A program made the position numbers and the translations under genes. 64,000 bases of DNA, from the NCBI GenBank assembly GCA_050950285.1, contig JBMNHG010000008.1:558001-622000 (forward strand), read 5' to 3'. Below, one piece after another: positions 18,961 through 31,022 of the stretch. Under the pieces are notes generated by a model. That model was not told the origin of the DNA. It saw only the letters and a program-made list of their open reading frames with translations, and did no database searches. Position 1 is the stretch's first letter; the number at the start of each line of letters is the position of its first letter. Source of the DNA: Kiritimatiellia bacterium (GTDB lineage: Bacteria; Verrucomicrobiota; Kiritimatiellia; RFP12; JBMNHG01).

Positions 18961-21900
18961 TCACTTGACCAGCCCTTTCTCGACGTTGCGGAAGGCGTTG
19001 TGAGCCGCGATCTTCACCTCATCGGAAACCAGCGGGAAGGTGGTGAGAATGTGGGCGAACTCTTCCTCGTCCAGACCATAGAGGTTGGCGACAAGGCCGT
19101 CAAGCTCGGCGCGGAGCCTCGCGCGCTCGGCGGGAGCGGTCGCCCCGACGCTCGCGGCACTCGCCCGCCTGCCGAAGATTTCCTGCGCCAAATCATCGAA
19201 CTCCGGCGTGGTGCAGATCAGCCGCGCCGCCCGCTCCACAATCAGGCGGAATGCCGCATCCTTTTCCGTCAGGCGGGGAATGGGAAGTTGCTTCATATAA
19301 AAGAAGCTGCAATGATTCGTGATACGCTGCCGCATGAACCAGTCCGCAACAAATGAGTCGAACAACGCAACAACGGCGGCCATTGTTTTTGGTTCCGTCG
19401 GTTCAACCAACGTGGGCATCGTGTTTCCAGCAAAGAAATACGGCGGTATCACTGTGGCTATCAACGTCCGCTCGTTGGTGCTTGCGGCGACATCACGGAA
19501 CCCTATGCGGTAGTATTCGTAATCGTATCGCCCGTTTTCGCGGGGCTTCAAAGTTGCACGTCCTTCAGCCTCGCTAACCCACCATTGATTCTTTGCAAAC
19601 TGGTGGTCGAAGTGCCAGATCATTTTGCCCTCATACAGCGGAAGGCGTCCCTTGCCAGGTGCCGTCTTGAACAGGTAGCTGTCGTTGGTCATGTCAAACT
19701 CGCGCGTGAAAGAGATATTCCACGCGCCTTCAATCAGTTCGCCGAGCAGCGGGAACTTCGCCATCTTCTCGGCAATCCGGACATCCATCTGGTTCTTGAA
19801 CTCCATAATGGAGAGGGAGTCGGGGGCGAGACGGCGCATAAGCGGCACGGAAATCTCGATGACCCCCTCGTGCGAGAAGCGTTCGAGCTCGGCCACGTCA
19901 TGCCGCATGAAGGCGGCGGGGAAGCTCTCGGTCGAGCCGCCCTTCCTGAAGGACATGACAACGAACTTAAAACTGCGGTGCACCCCTTCAAAGACCTCCT
20001 TGCGGTTCTCAATGCAGAAAAGGCCGGTGACGGTAGTCTGCCCGAACAGCATCTCGCGCAGTTGCTTTGTGCCGAGATCGGTGTAGATGCCGCTGGGGAT
20101 GACGATGCCGCAGTAGCCGCCGGAGCGCAACAGGTTGAAGCACTGCTCGGTGAAGAGTTTGTAGAGGTTGATGTCCGATCCGGCCTTCCTGCCGTTAACG
20201 ATGCTGATCTGGTTTTCGTACTGCGCGGCGGAACGGTAGAAGGCGCTTACATGCGGGTACCCGCTGAGGTATTCCAGCCAGGCGGCACGGATATCGGGAT
20301 CCTTGAGGAGCTTGGCCTGCTCCTTCTCGAACTCCTTGATCGTCATCTTCTTCTTGGTGACCAGATCGGAAAAGTCCTCGAAGAACTCCTTGGAGTTGGG
20401 CTTGAAGATTTCCCATGGCGGATTGGTGATGATGGCGTCAAAGCCGCCCCGGGCAAGAATCTGGTCGAATTCATAGCCCCAGTGGAATGGCTTGAGAGCC
20501 TCGATATCCCCGATTTCCAGGGTGCGTCTCTTAGGCCTGCCTGCAGCGTTCTTCCTGTCGTTCCATGTGGCCTCCTCGTACCGGATGCCGAGCTGGTGAA
20601 ACTCGGAGAGTAGGATGCTGTTCAGCGTGGCGATCGCGAAGTCCTTGCGCCTCTGAATCTCATCCCGCATCTCAACGAGCTCGTCGGCCCTGCCGCCGCT
20701 GACGCGGCGATAGACGTCTATAAGCTCGTTCTTCTCTTCCAGCAGATCCCGGTAGCTCTTGCGGAAAAGATCCGGCGGATGGCGCCGGTCAAAGTCGTCG
20801 TCGTTGACGTGCATCAGGCCGATGAGCGAGTTGCCGGCCATGATGTTGAACTCGATGTTCGGCAGGGGCTCCAGATCCTCGGCCTTGCGCACGGATGCGA
20901 TGAGAGCGAGAAAGAGGCGCAGCTTGGCGATCTCGACGGCCTCCTCCATGATGTCCACGCCGAAGAGGTTGTTGGTGATGATGCTGCGCTTGATGTAGTA
21001 GGCGATGCTCTTGTGCTCCGCCTGCGTCCTCTTGAGCCATTCCTGCAGCTCGCGGTTGCCCAGGAACTCGATCTTGCCGATCACGGCGGCATAGACGTTG
21101 ATCAGCGTCTTCATGGCCGAGACCAGGAAGGCGGCGGAACCGCAGGCCGGGTCGAGAAGACGGAGATTGGGCAGCACATCGGACAGCAGCTTGCGGCAGA
21201 GCGGCGCATCAAGGGCCAGCAGGAGATCCCCGACCGAGTCGAAAGTGCGGGCGGCCTTGCCCTCGCCCTTGGCCACACCGTCCAGAATCAGGCGATGGAT
21301 GGTGCTTTCGCAGAGGTACTCGGTGATCTCGGGGCAAGTATAGTAGGCGCCGAACGCCTTCTGGTTGATGTACTTCTCAAAGATGTAGCCCAGGACGTCG
21401 GGGTTGATCTCATCGTCCTTGCCGCCGGGCGTATCGTCGAGATTCCATGAGTAATCCCCGAACAGCTTCAGGAGGTTTTCAAATGCCTCGTCGGGAATGG
21501 CTATCCTGCCGCGCCACCGCTGTTCGATGGGGTGCTCCAGAAAGAGGCCGCCGTTGAGGTAGCGAATCCTGCCCAGCAAGGCGTTGGTCGCTGCCGAGCG
21601 CTTGTCCTCCGGCTTGGCAAACCCCTCGAAGAAGAGCGCCTGCAGGAACTGGCTATAGAAGAGATCCGCCCCGCGCTTGCGGCTCTCGGCGTGCTTGTGC
21701 TGGAGATAGAGTTCGTCTCCGTCATCGAGAAAGAACTTCTTCTGAAGGAAATAGATGAACATGAGACGGTTGAGCAGAACCGAGGCATACCAGCGCCGGT
21801 CGCGTTCGTCATCAATGCCCTCGATCAGGTTGAGAAACGCGAGGTGCTGCTCCTGGAACTGGCCATAGAACCTCCTCGTGACCCGCTCGATGTCGAGAGC

Positions 21901-22377
21901 CTGCCTGAGCCGGTCGGTCACCTCCAGCAGCGGAACCTCGCCGCTGGCGTCGAAATCCTCAAAATCTACCGCAAGGGTCGCCAACTTGCTAAAGATGAGG
22001 TCGCCGGACTGTCCCCGTACATATACATGCGACCGTGGAACTGGTCTCCCGTCTTCGCGTTTCACCCAGTACCAGAGGCTCTGCGAGCGTTGTGCATCCA
22101 CGAAGATGAGAATGTTCTCGTGGTGCCTTTTCGTGATTTCCCTGTGAATCGCTGCGCGGCAAGCGGCATTCGGCACCGTGCCGTCATCAGTCTCGATTTC
22201 CAGCACCGCGACACCGGAAAGCTCGGCCACGGCGCGGCTGCGGGCGTCAATGCCCCTGGCCGTGACGGCGGATGGCGCGGCAAAGGATGGATTCGACCAG
22301 CCGAGTTCCTCGACGAAGAGGCGGCTAAAATCGAAGTCCTGAAGACACGTGCGCGCGTTTTCGAGATTCAGGTGCAT
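18961..22377 (-). CDS. Eco57I/type IIG-like N6-adenine DNA methyltransferase with C-terminal target-recognition region
   Basis: YLNGGLF, LGYIFE, GAYYT, LDPACGSAAFL (motif I), FGVDI, IITNPPW (motif IV), LPLYEGKMI, RDVAASTNERT. Confidence 0.9.
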   Translation of the reverse strand: MHLNLENARTCLQDFDFSRLFVEELGWSNPSFAAPSAVTARGIDARSRAVAELSGVAVLEIETDDGTVPNAACRAAIHREITKRHHENILIFVDAQRSQSLWYWVKREDGRPVPRSHVYVRGQSGDLIFSKLATLAVDFEDFDASGEVPLLEVTDRLRQALDIERVTRRFYGQFQEQHLAFLNLIEGIDDERDRRWYASVLLNRLMFIYFLQKKFFLDDGDELYLQHKHAESRKRGADLFYSQFLQALFFEGFAKPEDKRSAATNALLGRIRYLNGGLFLEHPIEQRWRGRIAIPDEAFENLLKLFGDYSWNLDDTPGGKDDEINPDVLGYIFEKYINQKAFGAYYTCPEITEYLCESTIHRLILDGVAKGEGKAARTFDSVGDLLLALDAPLCRKLLSDVLPNLRLLDPACGSAAFLVSAMKTLINVYAAVIGKIEFLGNRELQEWLKRTQAEHKSIAYYIKRSIITNNLFGVDIMEEAVEIAKLRLFLALIASVRKAEDLEPLPNIEFNIMAGNSLIGLMHVNDDDFDRRHPPDLFRKSYRDLLEEKNELIDVYRRVSGGRADELVEMRDEIQRRKDFAIATLNSILLSEFHQLGIRYEEATWNDRKNAAGRPKRRTLEIGDIEALKPFHWGYEFDQILARGGFDAIITNPPWEIFKPNSKEFFEDFSDLVTKKKMTIKEFEKEQAKLLKDPDIRAAWLEYLSGYPHVSAFYRSAAQYENQISIVNGRKAGSDINLYKLFTEQCFNLLRSGGYCGIVIPSGIYTDLGTKQLREMLFGQTTVTGLFCIENRKEVFEGVHRSFKFVVMSFRKGGSTESFPAAFMRHDVAELERFSHEGVIEISVPLMRRLAPDSLSIMEFKNQMDVRIAEKMAKFPLLGELIEGAWNISFTREFDMTNDSYLFKTAPGKGRLPLYEGKMIWHFDHQFAKNQWWVSEAEGRATLKPRENGRYDYEYYRIGFRDVAASTNERTLIATVIPPYFFAGNTMPTLVEPTEPKTMAAVVALFDSFVADWFMRQRITNHCSFFYMKQLPIPRLTEKDAAFRLIVERAARLICTTPEFDDLAQEIFGRRASAASVGATAPAERARLRAELDGLVANLYGLDEEEFAHILTTFPLVSDEVKIAAHNAFRNVEKGLVK

Positions 22378-22378
22378 G

Positions 22379-25300
22379 TCAGATGTCCTTATCCACGGCG
22401 ACCAATCCCATGGAACAGATGATCAGCGGCTCGCGGCTTTGTTCCTTTTCCTGGACGATGCAGAGCCGATCCTCCTCGTAGAGGCTGATCACGAGGTCGG
22501 CAAGCGCCTCGTTGGTGATGCCGGCGCGGAGCTGACGGTTCAGCGTGTCAACGGCGGACTGGCGCAGCGGGTGGCGGTAAATCTGCTCGATGGCGCGGTT
22601 CAGCAGCGGCGACTCGAAGAGCGTCCCCTTGTTATCGGCCGCATGCTGCTTAAGGCGCTCGTAGGTGCGGTAGCGCGCGCCCGACGGGCGACCGAGCTGG
22701 CCACCGATGGAGCGCTCCTCCCTCACAATCAGCCTGGCCCCCTCCTGCACCAGGTAGTGATGGTCGGCGAGGCGGGGAACGCTGGGTGTATCGGGCTCGC
22801 ATTCGGCCGCGCGCAGGATGGCATACTGCGACTCCGTGACGCTCTCCCCGGCCTTGTCCATCCATGCCAGGGCGTCGTTGCCGTCGGCAGTCTTGAGATA
22901 GACCAGCACGCCCTCGGGCTTGTCGGGGGTGGGACTCCAGGGGCGTGAGCTATAGATGATCGGCGGCAGGCCGGGGATGATCTTCTCCAGCGCGGGGTCG
23001 GCATCAATGGCATTCTTCCATATCTGGTAGGCGTAGGAGGAGAGGTCAACCTCGTTGTCGGTCTCGCCGTCGAGGATGCCGGCCTTCTCGGTGTAGAGAT
23101 CGTACAGCACCCTGACCTCGTCGCGCTGATCCTCGAAGAAGAGCTCGTCGGCCCCGACCACCTCCTGGTTCTCCTTGAGGCGCTGACGGACGCGGCCGCG
23201 GAGATTGATGAGCTTCTCGACCCCATCGGCCGGCAGGAAGGAGTAGCAGGTGATGGTGTCGGACTGCTGACCGATGCGGTCCACGCGGCCGGCGCGCTGG
23301 ATGAGCCGGATAATGGCCCAGGGAAGGTCGTAGTTGATGACGATATGGCAATCCTGGAGGTTCTGGCCCTCGCTCAGCACGTCGGTGGCCACGACCACGC
23401 GCAACTCATCGCGCGGCTTGATCTCGTCGCGCTTGCCATTGCTGACGGGGCTGAAGCGCCAGGCGATGAGGGTCGGGTCGCTGGAGTCGCCGGTCACCCC
23501 CGCGACACGGCTCACGCCCATCGCGGTGAGCTGGCGCTCCAGATAGCGGGCGGTGTCGGCGAACTGGGTGAAGATGATGACCTTCTCGTCGGGATGGTCT
23601 CGCGTGAGTGTGGCGGCCAGCGTCCGGAGCTTCTCATCCGCCGCCGGATCCCACTGTCCGGCGCTCTTCAAGATTTTCAGCAGGCGCCTGGCGTCGGCCT
23701 CGAGGTCGGTGCGCAGTTCGGGAATGAAGAGATCGGCACGCAGCCACTTGAAGCGCCGCTTGCCGGCCGTTTCATAGAACTCATAGACCTCCCGGGCCCT
23801 GGCGCGGAACTCCCCGGGAGTGCGCAGCGTCTGCCATTCGTCGCCGGGCGCTTCCTCGGGCGCATCCTCGTCGAAGTCGAGGCGTGCCCTGATGCCGTCG
23901 GCGTCCTCGTCGTTGACGCGGGAGTCGAGCATCTCCACCTCCTGCGGGCCGATGGGAATGGGCAGGCCGTTCTCGATGGCGTGAATATAGACGTAGTTGC
24001 GCAGGATATGGCGCCCGACGGACTGGAGAAACACCACACCGCTGCTCTCCAGGCGCTTGAAGAGACCGGTACGGCAGAAGCCCATGAGGCGCTTGCCGGC
24101 GCGCGAGAGATTCTCGATCTGCTTGGCCTCGGCCGGCGAGGGCTCCACGGCCGGGGAGGGCGTGATGTAATTTCCCAGCCCGTAGCGCGGCAGATCAAGC
24201 TTGTTGATGGTGGTGACGACATCCTTGCAGTAGAGGCGGCCGTACTGGTCGTTCCTGTCGTTCTCGTTCGCGCTGAACTTGAGGGTTCTGGGGACGCGTG
24301 TCGGGAAGTAGGAGCGGCGTCCATCCTCGAAGGTCAGGTACTTCTGCTTCCGCACGGGGTCGTACTCCGCATAGTTGTCCTGGATGAAGCTGCGTGTGCG
24401 CCGCACGAGGAAAAGGCGCATGAGCTCACGCCAGTCGTCCGGGTATTCGCTTTGCTCGAAGGCGGCGAGCGTGCGCACAGGACGCTGGTGCCGCTTGAGG
24501 AATTCGCTCTCCGAGATGTTCCGCAGCATCCGCTCCGGGCGGATGCCGAGGTCGCGGTCCTCGGGGACGAAGAGGCGGAGCTGGTTGGACAGATCGAGGT
24601 AGCTCTTGTTGTAGGGGGTGGCCGACAGCAGGATGACGCGACTCTCGTTCGCCTCGATATAGTTGCGGATGGCCTGGTAGCGCCTGCCCTCGCGGTTGCG
24701 GAGGTTGTGGCTCTCATCCACGATGACGAGGCGGTAGCGGCGGCATCCGGGCAACTCGCTGATGACCCGGGTGACGGAGAGCACCCTGGCGCGCAGGCGG
24801 TACTGATCCCGGTAGTCCTCCCACATGCGGACGAGGTTCTTCGGGCAGATGATGAGGGTCTCCAGCCCGTGGTCATCCTCGAAGATGCGCGCCACGGCGG
24901 TTGCCATGAGGGTCTTGCCCAGTCCGACCACATCGCCGATCATGACACCCTGGCGCTTGTTCAGATGGTGGGCGGCGATCTTGACCGCCGCGATCTGGAA
25001 ATCGAAGAGCTTGTTGCCGAAATCCTTGGGAATGCGGAACTCGGTGAGGCCGGTGCGGGCCTCCTGGGCCAGGCAATAGGCGATCTTCAGGTAGATATGG
25101 TACGGGGGAACAGGCGTCTCGCGCGCCCAGCTATTCTCGATGATCTCGACCAGTTCCCTGGAGATGTCGAGGCACCAGCGATCATTCCAGCGGTCCTCGA
25201 ACCACTGCGCCAGTTTCCCGGTGGCGTCATGGTCGAGGACGTCCACATTCAGCTCGCCCTGCTTGACGAGTCCGGCCAGGGTGAGGTTGCTGCTGCCGAG

Positions 25301-25774
25301 AAAGGCGGTGACGGGGTTGATGGGGTCGGGGCGGAAGAGCAGGTAGAGCTTGGCGTGCAAGGGGTACCTGACGAACAGTTTGACCACGACCTTCCCGGCC
25401 CTGATCTGCCTGGCCAGGCGTTGCAGCCCCTGTTCATCCGCATCGGTCGGCGCGCCGAAGCAGAGCTGGTCGCGGAACTCCTGTGCCAGCGTCTTCCTAA
25501 GCCGCAGGGCCGTGGCATTGTCCATGCGGGCTTCGTCGGGAGCGGCGAGGCTGAGGGCCTCCCGGAGGTCGTCGGCGGGGAGCGTCTGCATGCCGACCAG
25601 CAACCGGCAGCAGTGGCCCTCGCCACCGGGCCACCTCTCGACATAGTCATGGAGCTGCCGCCACCCGCGCAGGTTGAAATAGCCGACGCAGAAGTCCGCG
25701 CGGTTGCAGCGCTCCAGCGTCTCCCGCAAGGCCGGCAGCAGGGACTCGGTGATGTTGTCGAAGATACGTGGCAT
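22379..25774 (-). CDS. PLD-nuclease / SNF2-type helicase fusion
   Basis: VGYF, HAKLYL and GSSNLT (PLD); [32 protein letters not shown] (SF2 motifs); 1 nt from the MTase start. Confidence 0.9.
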   Translation of the reverse strand: MPRIFDNITESLLPALRETLERCNRADFCVGYFNLRGWRQLHDYVERWPGGEGHCCRLLVGMQTLPADDLREALSLAAPDEARMDNATALRLRKTLAQEFRDQLCFGAPTDADEQGLQRLARQIRAGKVVVKLFVRYPLHAKLYLLFRPDPINPVTAFLGSSNLTLAGLVKQGELNVDVLDHDATGKLAQWFEDRWNDRWCLDISRELVEIIENSWARETPVPPYHIYLKIAYCLAQEARTGLTEFRIPKDFGNKLFDFQIAAVKIAAHHLNKRQGVMIGDVVGLGKTLMATAVARIFEDDHGLETLIICPKNLVRMWEDYRDQYRLRARVLSVTRVISELPGCRRYRLVIVDESHNLRNREGRRYQAIRNYIEANESRVILLSATPYNKSYLDLSNQLRLFVPEDRDLGIRPERMLRNISESEFLKRHQRPVRTLAAFEQSEYPDDWRELMRLFLVRRTRSFIQDNYAEYDPVRKQKYLTFEDGRRSYFPTRVPRTLKFSANENDRNDQYGRLYCKDVVTTINKLDLPRYGLGNYITPSPAVEPSPAEAKQIENLSRAGKRLMGFCRTGLFKRLESSGVVFLQSVGRHILRNYVYIHAIENGLPIPIGPQEVEMLDSRVNDEDADGIRARLDFDEDAPEEAPGDEWQTLRTPGEFRARAREVYEFYETAGKRRFKWLRADLFIPELRTDLEADARRLLKILKSAGQWDPAADEKLRTLAATLTRDHPDEKVIIFTQFADTARYLERQLTAMGVSRVAGVTGDSSDPTLIAWRFSPVSNGKRDEIKPRDELRVVVATDVLSEGQNLQDCHIVINYDLPWAIIRLIQRAGRVDRIGQQSDTITCYSFLPADGVEKLINLRGRVRQRLKENQEVVGADELFFEDQRDEVRVLYDLYTEKAGILDGETDNEVDLSSYAYQIWKNAIDADPALEKIIPGLPPIIYSSRPWSPTPDKPEGVLVYLKTADGNDALAWMDKAGESVTESQYAILRAAECEPDTPSVPRLADHHYLVQEGARLIVREERSIGGQLGRPSGARYRTYERLKQHAADNKGTLFESPLLNRAIEQIYRHPLRQSAVDTLNRQLRAGITNEALADLVISLYEEDRLCIVQEKEQSREPLIICSMGLVAVDKDI

Positions 25775-26017
25775 TAGTCCGGCGTCCTGTTACTGGTGAG
25801 GATAATGTAGCAAGCTGCACTCCCGGATGCCAGAGGAAATCCGGCGCATTTGACGGGCTTCTGACGGGGTGTTTCCCATAATTTACCCCAAGAATCTGTG
25901 CAGCTCGCGGCGGGAGCGCCGCGTCTTCACCCACCTTGGGCAAGCAGACGCTTGCCCCTCCCGGAACAGTAATGGCCGTACCGAGGGTATGCATGGGCGG
26001 GGATGGCGGTACAAATG

Positions 26018-26177
26018 GGAGACAGGGGACAGGAGAGTAGCAGTAAGCAGTGGCAGTAGGCAGTAGGCAGTAGGAAAGGGGACAGGGGACAGGGGGCAGG
26101 AGACAGGAGACAGGAGCATGTAGAATGAACGAGCGAATCGACTCAATCGAATCTATCGATTCTATCGATTCTATCGA
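26018..26177. repeat. heptamer arrays (GGAGACA/GGGGACA, GGCAGTA) and 9-mer array (ATCGATTCT)
   Basis: Directly visible at 26018-26116 and 26137-26177. Confidence 0.85.
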
Positions 26178-27065
26178 AAAACACCTCTTGCGACCCGCCA
26201 GGAACGGCAGGCATTCCCGGTGTGCGGCTCGCTCAGAAAGTAAAACCCGCCAAATTCTGCCACAGCTTGCGGCAAAATTGCTCCGCCTGCCAATTCACGG
26301 TGGGTATTTTCAATCATCATGCCCGCGCTTTGGGCGCAGCCGCTTAGTCGAGGGGGTGTCGCTTCGGAGAAACAGCACATATTCGTTCTGCACGTCGAGG
26401 GCGAGGGTCTGGCCGGACTTGATGGCCGCAAGGTGGGCCGGGGTGAGGGTGGCGATCTCACCGCCCCAGCGGTGGCCGAAGGGCGTGTCGGCCCCATCAG
26501 TGGCATCAGGACGACATGGTGGAACCACGGAATATTCCAGAACGGATTGTTGTCGAATTGTGCAGCGTCGACTTGCCTAGTCTCTGCTTCTCCTAATTTT
26601 GCCACAGCTTGTGGCAAAAATTGATTTTGAGCTAATTCTGTCACCGGCTGTTGCAAAAATGCGCCCTTCGGTAATTTTGCAGCAGGCTGCTGCAAAATTG
26701 TATTTCGTTGATTATCAACAGGTTGCGTTGATAATGCGGCGTTAGACTCTAATTTTGCCGCAGCTTGCGGCAAAATTGCCGCCGGGTCGGGATAGTCCCG
26801 ATAAAAGGCGATCATCCGGCCAATATTTCGTTCGGAGAAGCCTTTCAATTCGGGCAGTTCGTTCTTGAGTTCGGCGGCGAGACGGGGGATGACGCCTGCG
26901 CCCCAGCCTTCGAGTTTCTGGCGGGCGTCAATCATGCGCCCGATGTCCCAGTAGAGCCGGATCAGTTCCGCATTGGCAGCCAGCACGGCGCGGGTCTGCG
27001 CGGTTTGTATGCGCAGTTTCACGTCGGCCAGCAATGCGGCAAAGCCCTTGCGGTCTGGCTGTTCC

Positions 27066-27076
<11 letters not shown>
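26171..27076 (-). pseudogene. yhcG: YhcG/DUF1016 N-terminal domain, truncated at ~26505 (no PD-(D/E)XK C-terminal domain)
   Basis: AANAELIRLYWDIG, GWGAGVIPRLA.EL, KGFSERN...M, IPWFHHVVLM, then unrelated sequence to a stop inside a tandem repeat. Confidence 0.8.
26556..26777. repeat. in-frame array of ~27-bp palindromes with ~39-bp period inside yhcG
   Basis: Units at 26556, 26595, 26634, 26673, 26709, 26751; an extra copy at 26253-26279. Confidence 0.85.
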
Positions 27077-28616
<1,540 letters not shown>

Positions 28617-29016
28617 AGAAAAAACTCCTTAGGGGCGATTGCCGGGATTTCAGAAAAAGCTGCTCAAAAGCCGCCCCGTCCGGACGGCGGCCCCGTCAAC
28701 CCGCACCTTGAGAACCGACTCTTTGATGTTCACGTCTGGAGTCCCTATTCAACCGCGATGCCCTGTGTCGCTCCGCAACCTGAACGCGTCCATGCGCACC
28801 GACTTGACAGACAATCGCTTTGGGAATTGGATATTACATCTAACACAGACTAATAACGGCTGCCAGAGCAAACCTTGGAATAGCAACACCTCATCCATCC
28901 CCACGCCCGATGCATTGGCGGACTAGCGGTACACTCGCATCCCGAAACGGCAATCGCTGTACCGTGCGGATAGGTTGCAGATAATGGGACTGGTGATTTA
29001 TTCCCCGCGCGTATTA

Positions 29017-29096
29017 ATCAGGAACTCAAGAACTCAAGAAGAATGCAAGAATGCGCGGTATCCACAAACAAATTCCTGATTTCATGAGTTCCTGAT
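29017..29096. repeat. inverted pair of 8-mer tandem arrays
   Basis: ATCAGGAACTCAAGAACTCAAGAA / TTCCTGATTTCATGAGTTCCTGAT. Confidence 0.7.
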
Positions 29097-29173
29097 AAAA
29101 AATAGCAGCAGGGATGTGCAATAAGCCAACACTCCCCGAAGGCGGTACTCCGGCGCGGAATTTATCGCCATCC

Positions 29174-29206
29174 GCTAATACAATCTTAAGGTTTGCCGCT
29201 TATCAT
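29174..29206 (+). promoter_or_regulatory. PmrA-like tandem box plus -10 element upstream of the ArnT-like operon
   Basis: GCTAAT-N5-CTTAAG (29174-29190), then 10 nt, then TATCAT (29201-29206); same geometry as 10710-10742. Confidence 0.6.
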
Positions 29207-29270
29207 CGCCTTGTTTCTTCCGGATAGATCCAGCTTAACAAGCCCTTGAATCACAACCGAAGGCCGAACC

Positions 29271-31022
29271 ATGAACATATGCGGAGAGCCGCCAAACGCC
29301 CGGATGGTGCCGCAGGCCGTGCCTGACATGCCTGCATCCCCGCCCGTTGCGGGGGAGCAAGACATGCGGTGCCATGGCTGGCTCAGTCCTGTCCCTTCCA
29401 TATGGCTGCTTCTGCTGCTGTCGCTTGCGTTGTGGGGCGGCGAATGCCTCCGCCGCGATCTCTGGGAGCCGGACGAGGCGCGCGTCGGGTACGTCGCCCG
29501 TGAAATGGCGCAGGACGGCCACTGGCTGGTGCCCCATCGCCATGGCGAATACTATGCCCACAAGCCGCCGCTGCTCTACTGGCTGATCAACCTGTCCTCG
29601 CACGCGATCGACCTGCCCTGCCGCGCGATCAGCGTGCCTTCTTACATGATCGCCCGACCGGCAGGCCGCCTGGCCGTGCGCCTGCCGGGATTCCTCGCCG
29701 GCCTGCTCGTCCTGTGGGCCACCGCCCGCCTCGCGGAACGCTGGGCCGGCGCCAGGGCCGCCTGGCCCGCCGTGCTGACGCTCTTCACCACCTGTCTGTT
29801 CTGGCATGAAACCGGGTTCGGTCGGCCCGACGCCCTGCTGCTGGGCTGGACCACCGGCGCACTGGCCCTGCTGTTCTGGAACGACGACCAGCCGGCGTTC
29901 TGGAAGCCCGCGCTGGCATGGACCTTCATGGGGCTGGGAATCCTGACCAAAGGACCCGTGGGACTCATCGTGCCGGTCGGCGCGTATGCCGCCGCGCGCC
30001 TCTCCGCCGGCGAGGGCGCGATGCTGCGCAAAAGCCATTGGATCTGGGGACCCGCGCTGGCGCTCGCGTGGCCGGCGGCGTGGCTGGGGCTGGTCTGCCT
30101 GACGGGAGCGCCCGCGGGTTATCTGCATGAGCTGCTGATCGGCCAGAACCTGGAGCGCGCCGTCGGCGGATTCGGCCATGTCCGGCCCTTCTACTACTAC
30201 CTGACGAGCATGGCGGCCGACTGGATGCCTTGGATGCTCTGCCTGCCGGCCGCCGTGATGGCCCTCTTCCGCGATCCGAAGCGTCGCCGCCTGCTGTGTC
30301 GCCTGGGTGGCTGGATCGGCTTCATCCTGCTCTTCTTCTCGCTGCTTCCCACCAAGCGCAACGTCTATATCCTGGGCGCCACGCCGGCCTTCGCCATCCT
30401 GATCGGGGCGGCCTGGCCCGACCTTGATGCGGGAACCTCCCGTTGGGCCCGGTTCGCGCGCGGCGCGGTCACGGTCCTGCTGCTCGGCATTGGCATCGTT
30501 TGCATGGCCTTGAGTTTCTGGCCGAGACTGTCCCTGCATGTCAAATCGCTCTGGCACATCGGTCTTGTCGCCCTGGTGGGCGGAGTCGCGCTCTGGCGCG
30601 AAGTCCGCTGGGGCCATCCGCCGTCGTTCTGCCTGCTGACCGCCGTCGTCCTGCTGTTCGCGGAATGGTCTGTCGGGCTGTTCGTCCTTCCCGCCCTCAA
30701 TCCCCTCAAGACGCCCGTGGCGCTCGCCCGGGCCGTGCAGGAACGCCTGCCTGCCGAACGCCCATTGCTGCTCTACGCCATGAACGACGAGCTCCCCGCC
30801 TACCATTCCAACCGCCGCGGCGAAGTGGTGCGCACGCCGGAGGAACTGGACGACGCCATGCGGCGCGAACAGCGCGGATTCGTCGTTTTCAGAGAACACG
30901 ATTACGAGAACTGGCCCACCCATGCACCGCCCCTGGCGGACTCCGTCCATGCGTTCCGTTCCGGCAGCAAGCGTTATGTCTGGCTGGAGTTCAACCGCTG
31001 CAAGACCATGAACCATGAATGA
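29271..31022 (+). CDS. ArnT-like GT-C glycosyltransferase (lipid A modification type)
   Basis: LWEPDEARVGYVAREM, HKPPLLYWL, LTKGPVG, HVRPFYYY, KRNVYIL; many TM segments; start may be further downstream. Confidence 0.85.
   Translation: MNICGEPPNARMVPQAVPDMPASPPVAGEQDMRCHGWLSPVPSIWLLLLLSLALWGGECLRRDLWEPDEARVGYVAREMAQDGHWLVPHRHGEYYAHKPPLLYWLINLSSHAIDLPCRAISVPSYMIARPAGRLAVRLPGFLAGLLVLWATARLAERWAGARAAWPAVLTLFTTCLFWHETGFGRPDALLLGWTTGALALLFWNDDQPAFWKPALAWTFMGLGILTKGPVGLIVPVGAYAAARLSAGEGAMLRKSHWIWGPALALAWPAAWLGLVCLTGAPAGYLHELLIGQNLERAVGGFGHVRPFYYYLTSMAADWMPWMLCLPAAVMALFRDPKRRRLLCRLGGWIGFILLFFSLLPTKRNVYILGATPAFAILIGAAWPDLDAGTSRWARFARGAVTVLLLGIGIVCMALSFWPRLSLHVKSLWHIGLVALVGGVALWREVRWGHPPSFCLLTAVVLLFAEWSVGLFVLPALNPLKTPVALARAVQERLPAERPLLLYAMNDELPAYHSNRRGEVVRTPEELDDAMRREQRGFVVFREHDYENWPTHAPPLADSVHAFRSGSKRYVWLEFNRCKTMNHE

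Noticed and set aside
16004..19039. Diversity-generating retroelement (Avd-like gene plus a repeat pair)
   Set aside because: No reverse transcriptase in the window, and the few differences between the 185-bp copies are not adenine-specific
18961..25774. Assignment to DISARM or BREX
   Set aside because: No DrmA/DrmB (DUF1998), PglZ or BrxC genes are visible
26310..26528. 72-aa ORF overlapping the yhcG break point
   Set aside because: The middle looks protein-like and may be a fragment of a small gene, but it has no credible start and no recognisable family
26556..26777. CRISPR array
   Set aside because: Spacers are only ~12 bp, repeats vary, the array is in frame within a gene and no cas genes are present; reported instead as a palindrome array
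28620..29010. Possible ncRNA or small gene upstream of hsdM
   Set aside because: Only one GC hairpin (~28670-28691) and no recognisable RNA family or convincing ORF
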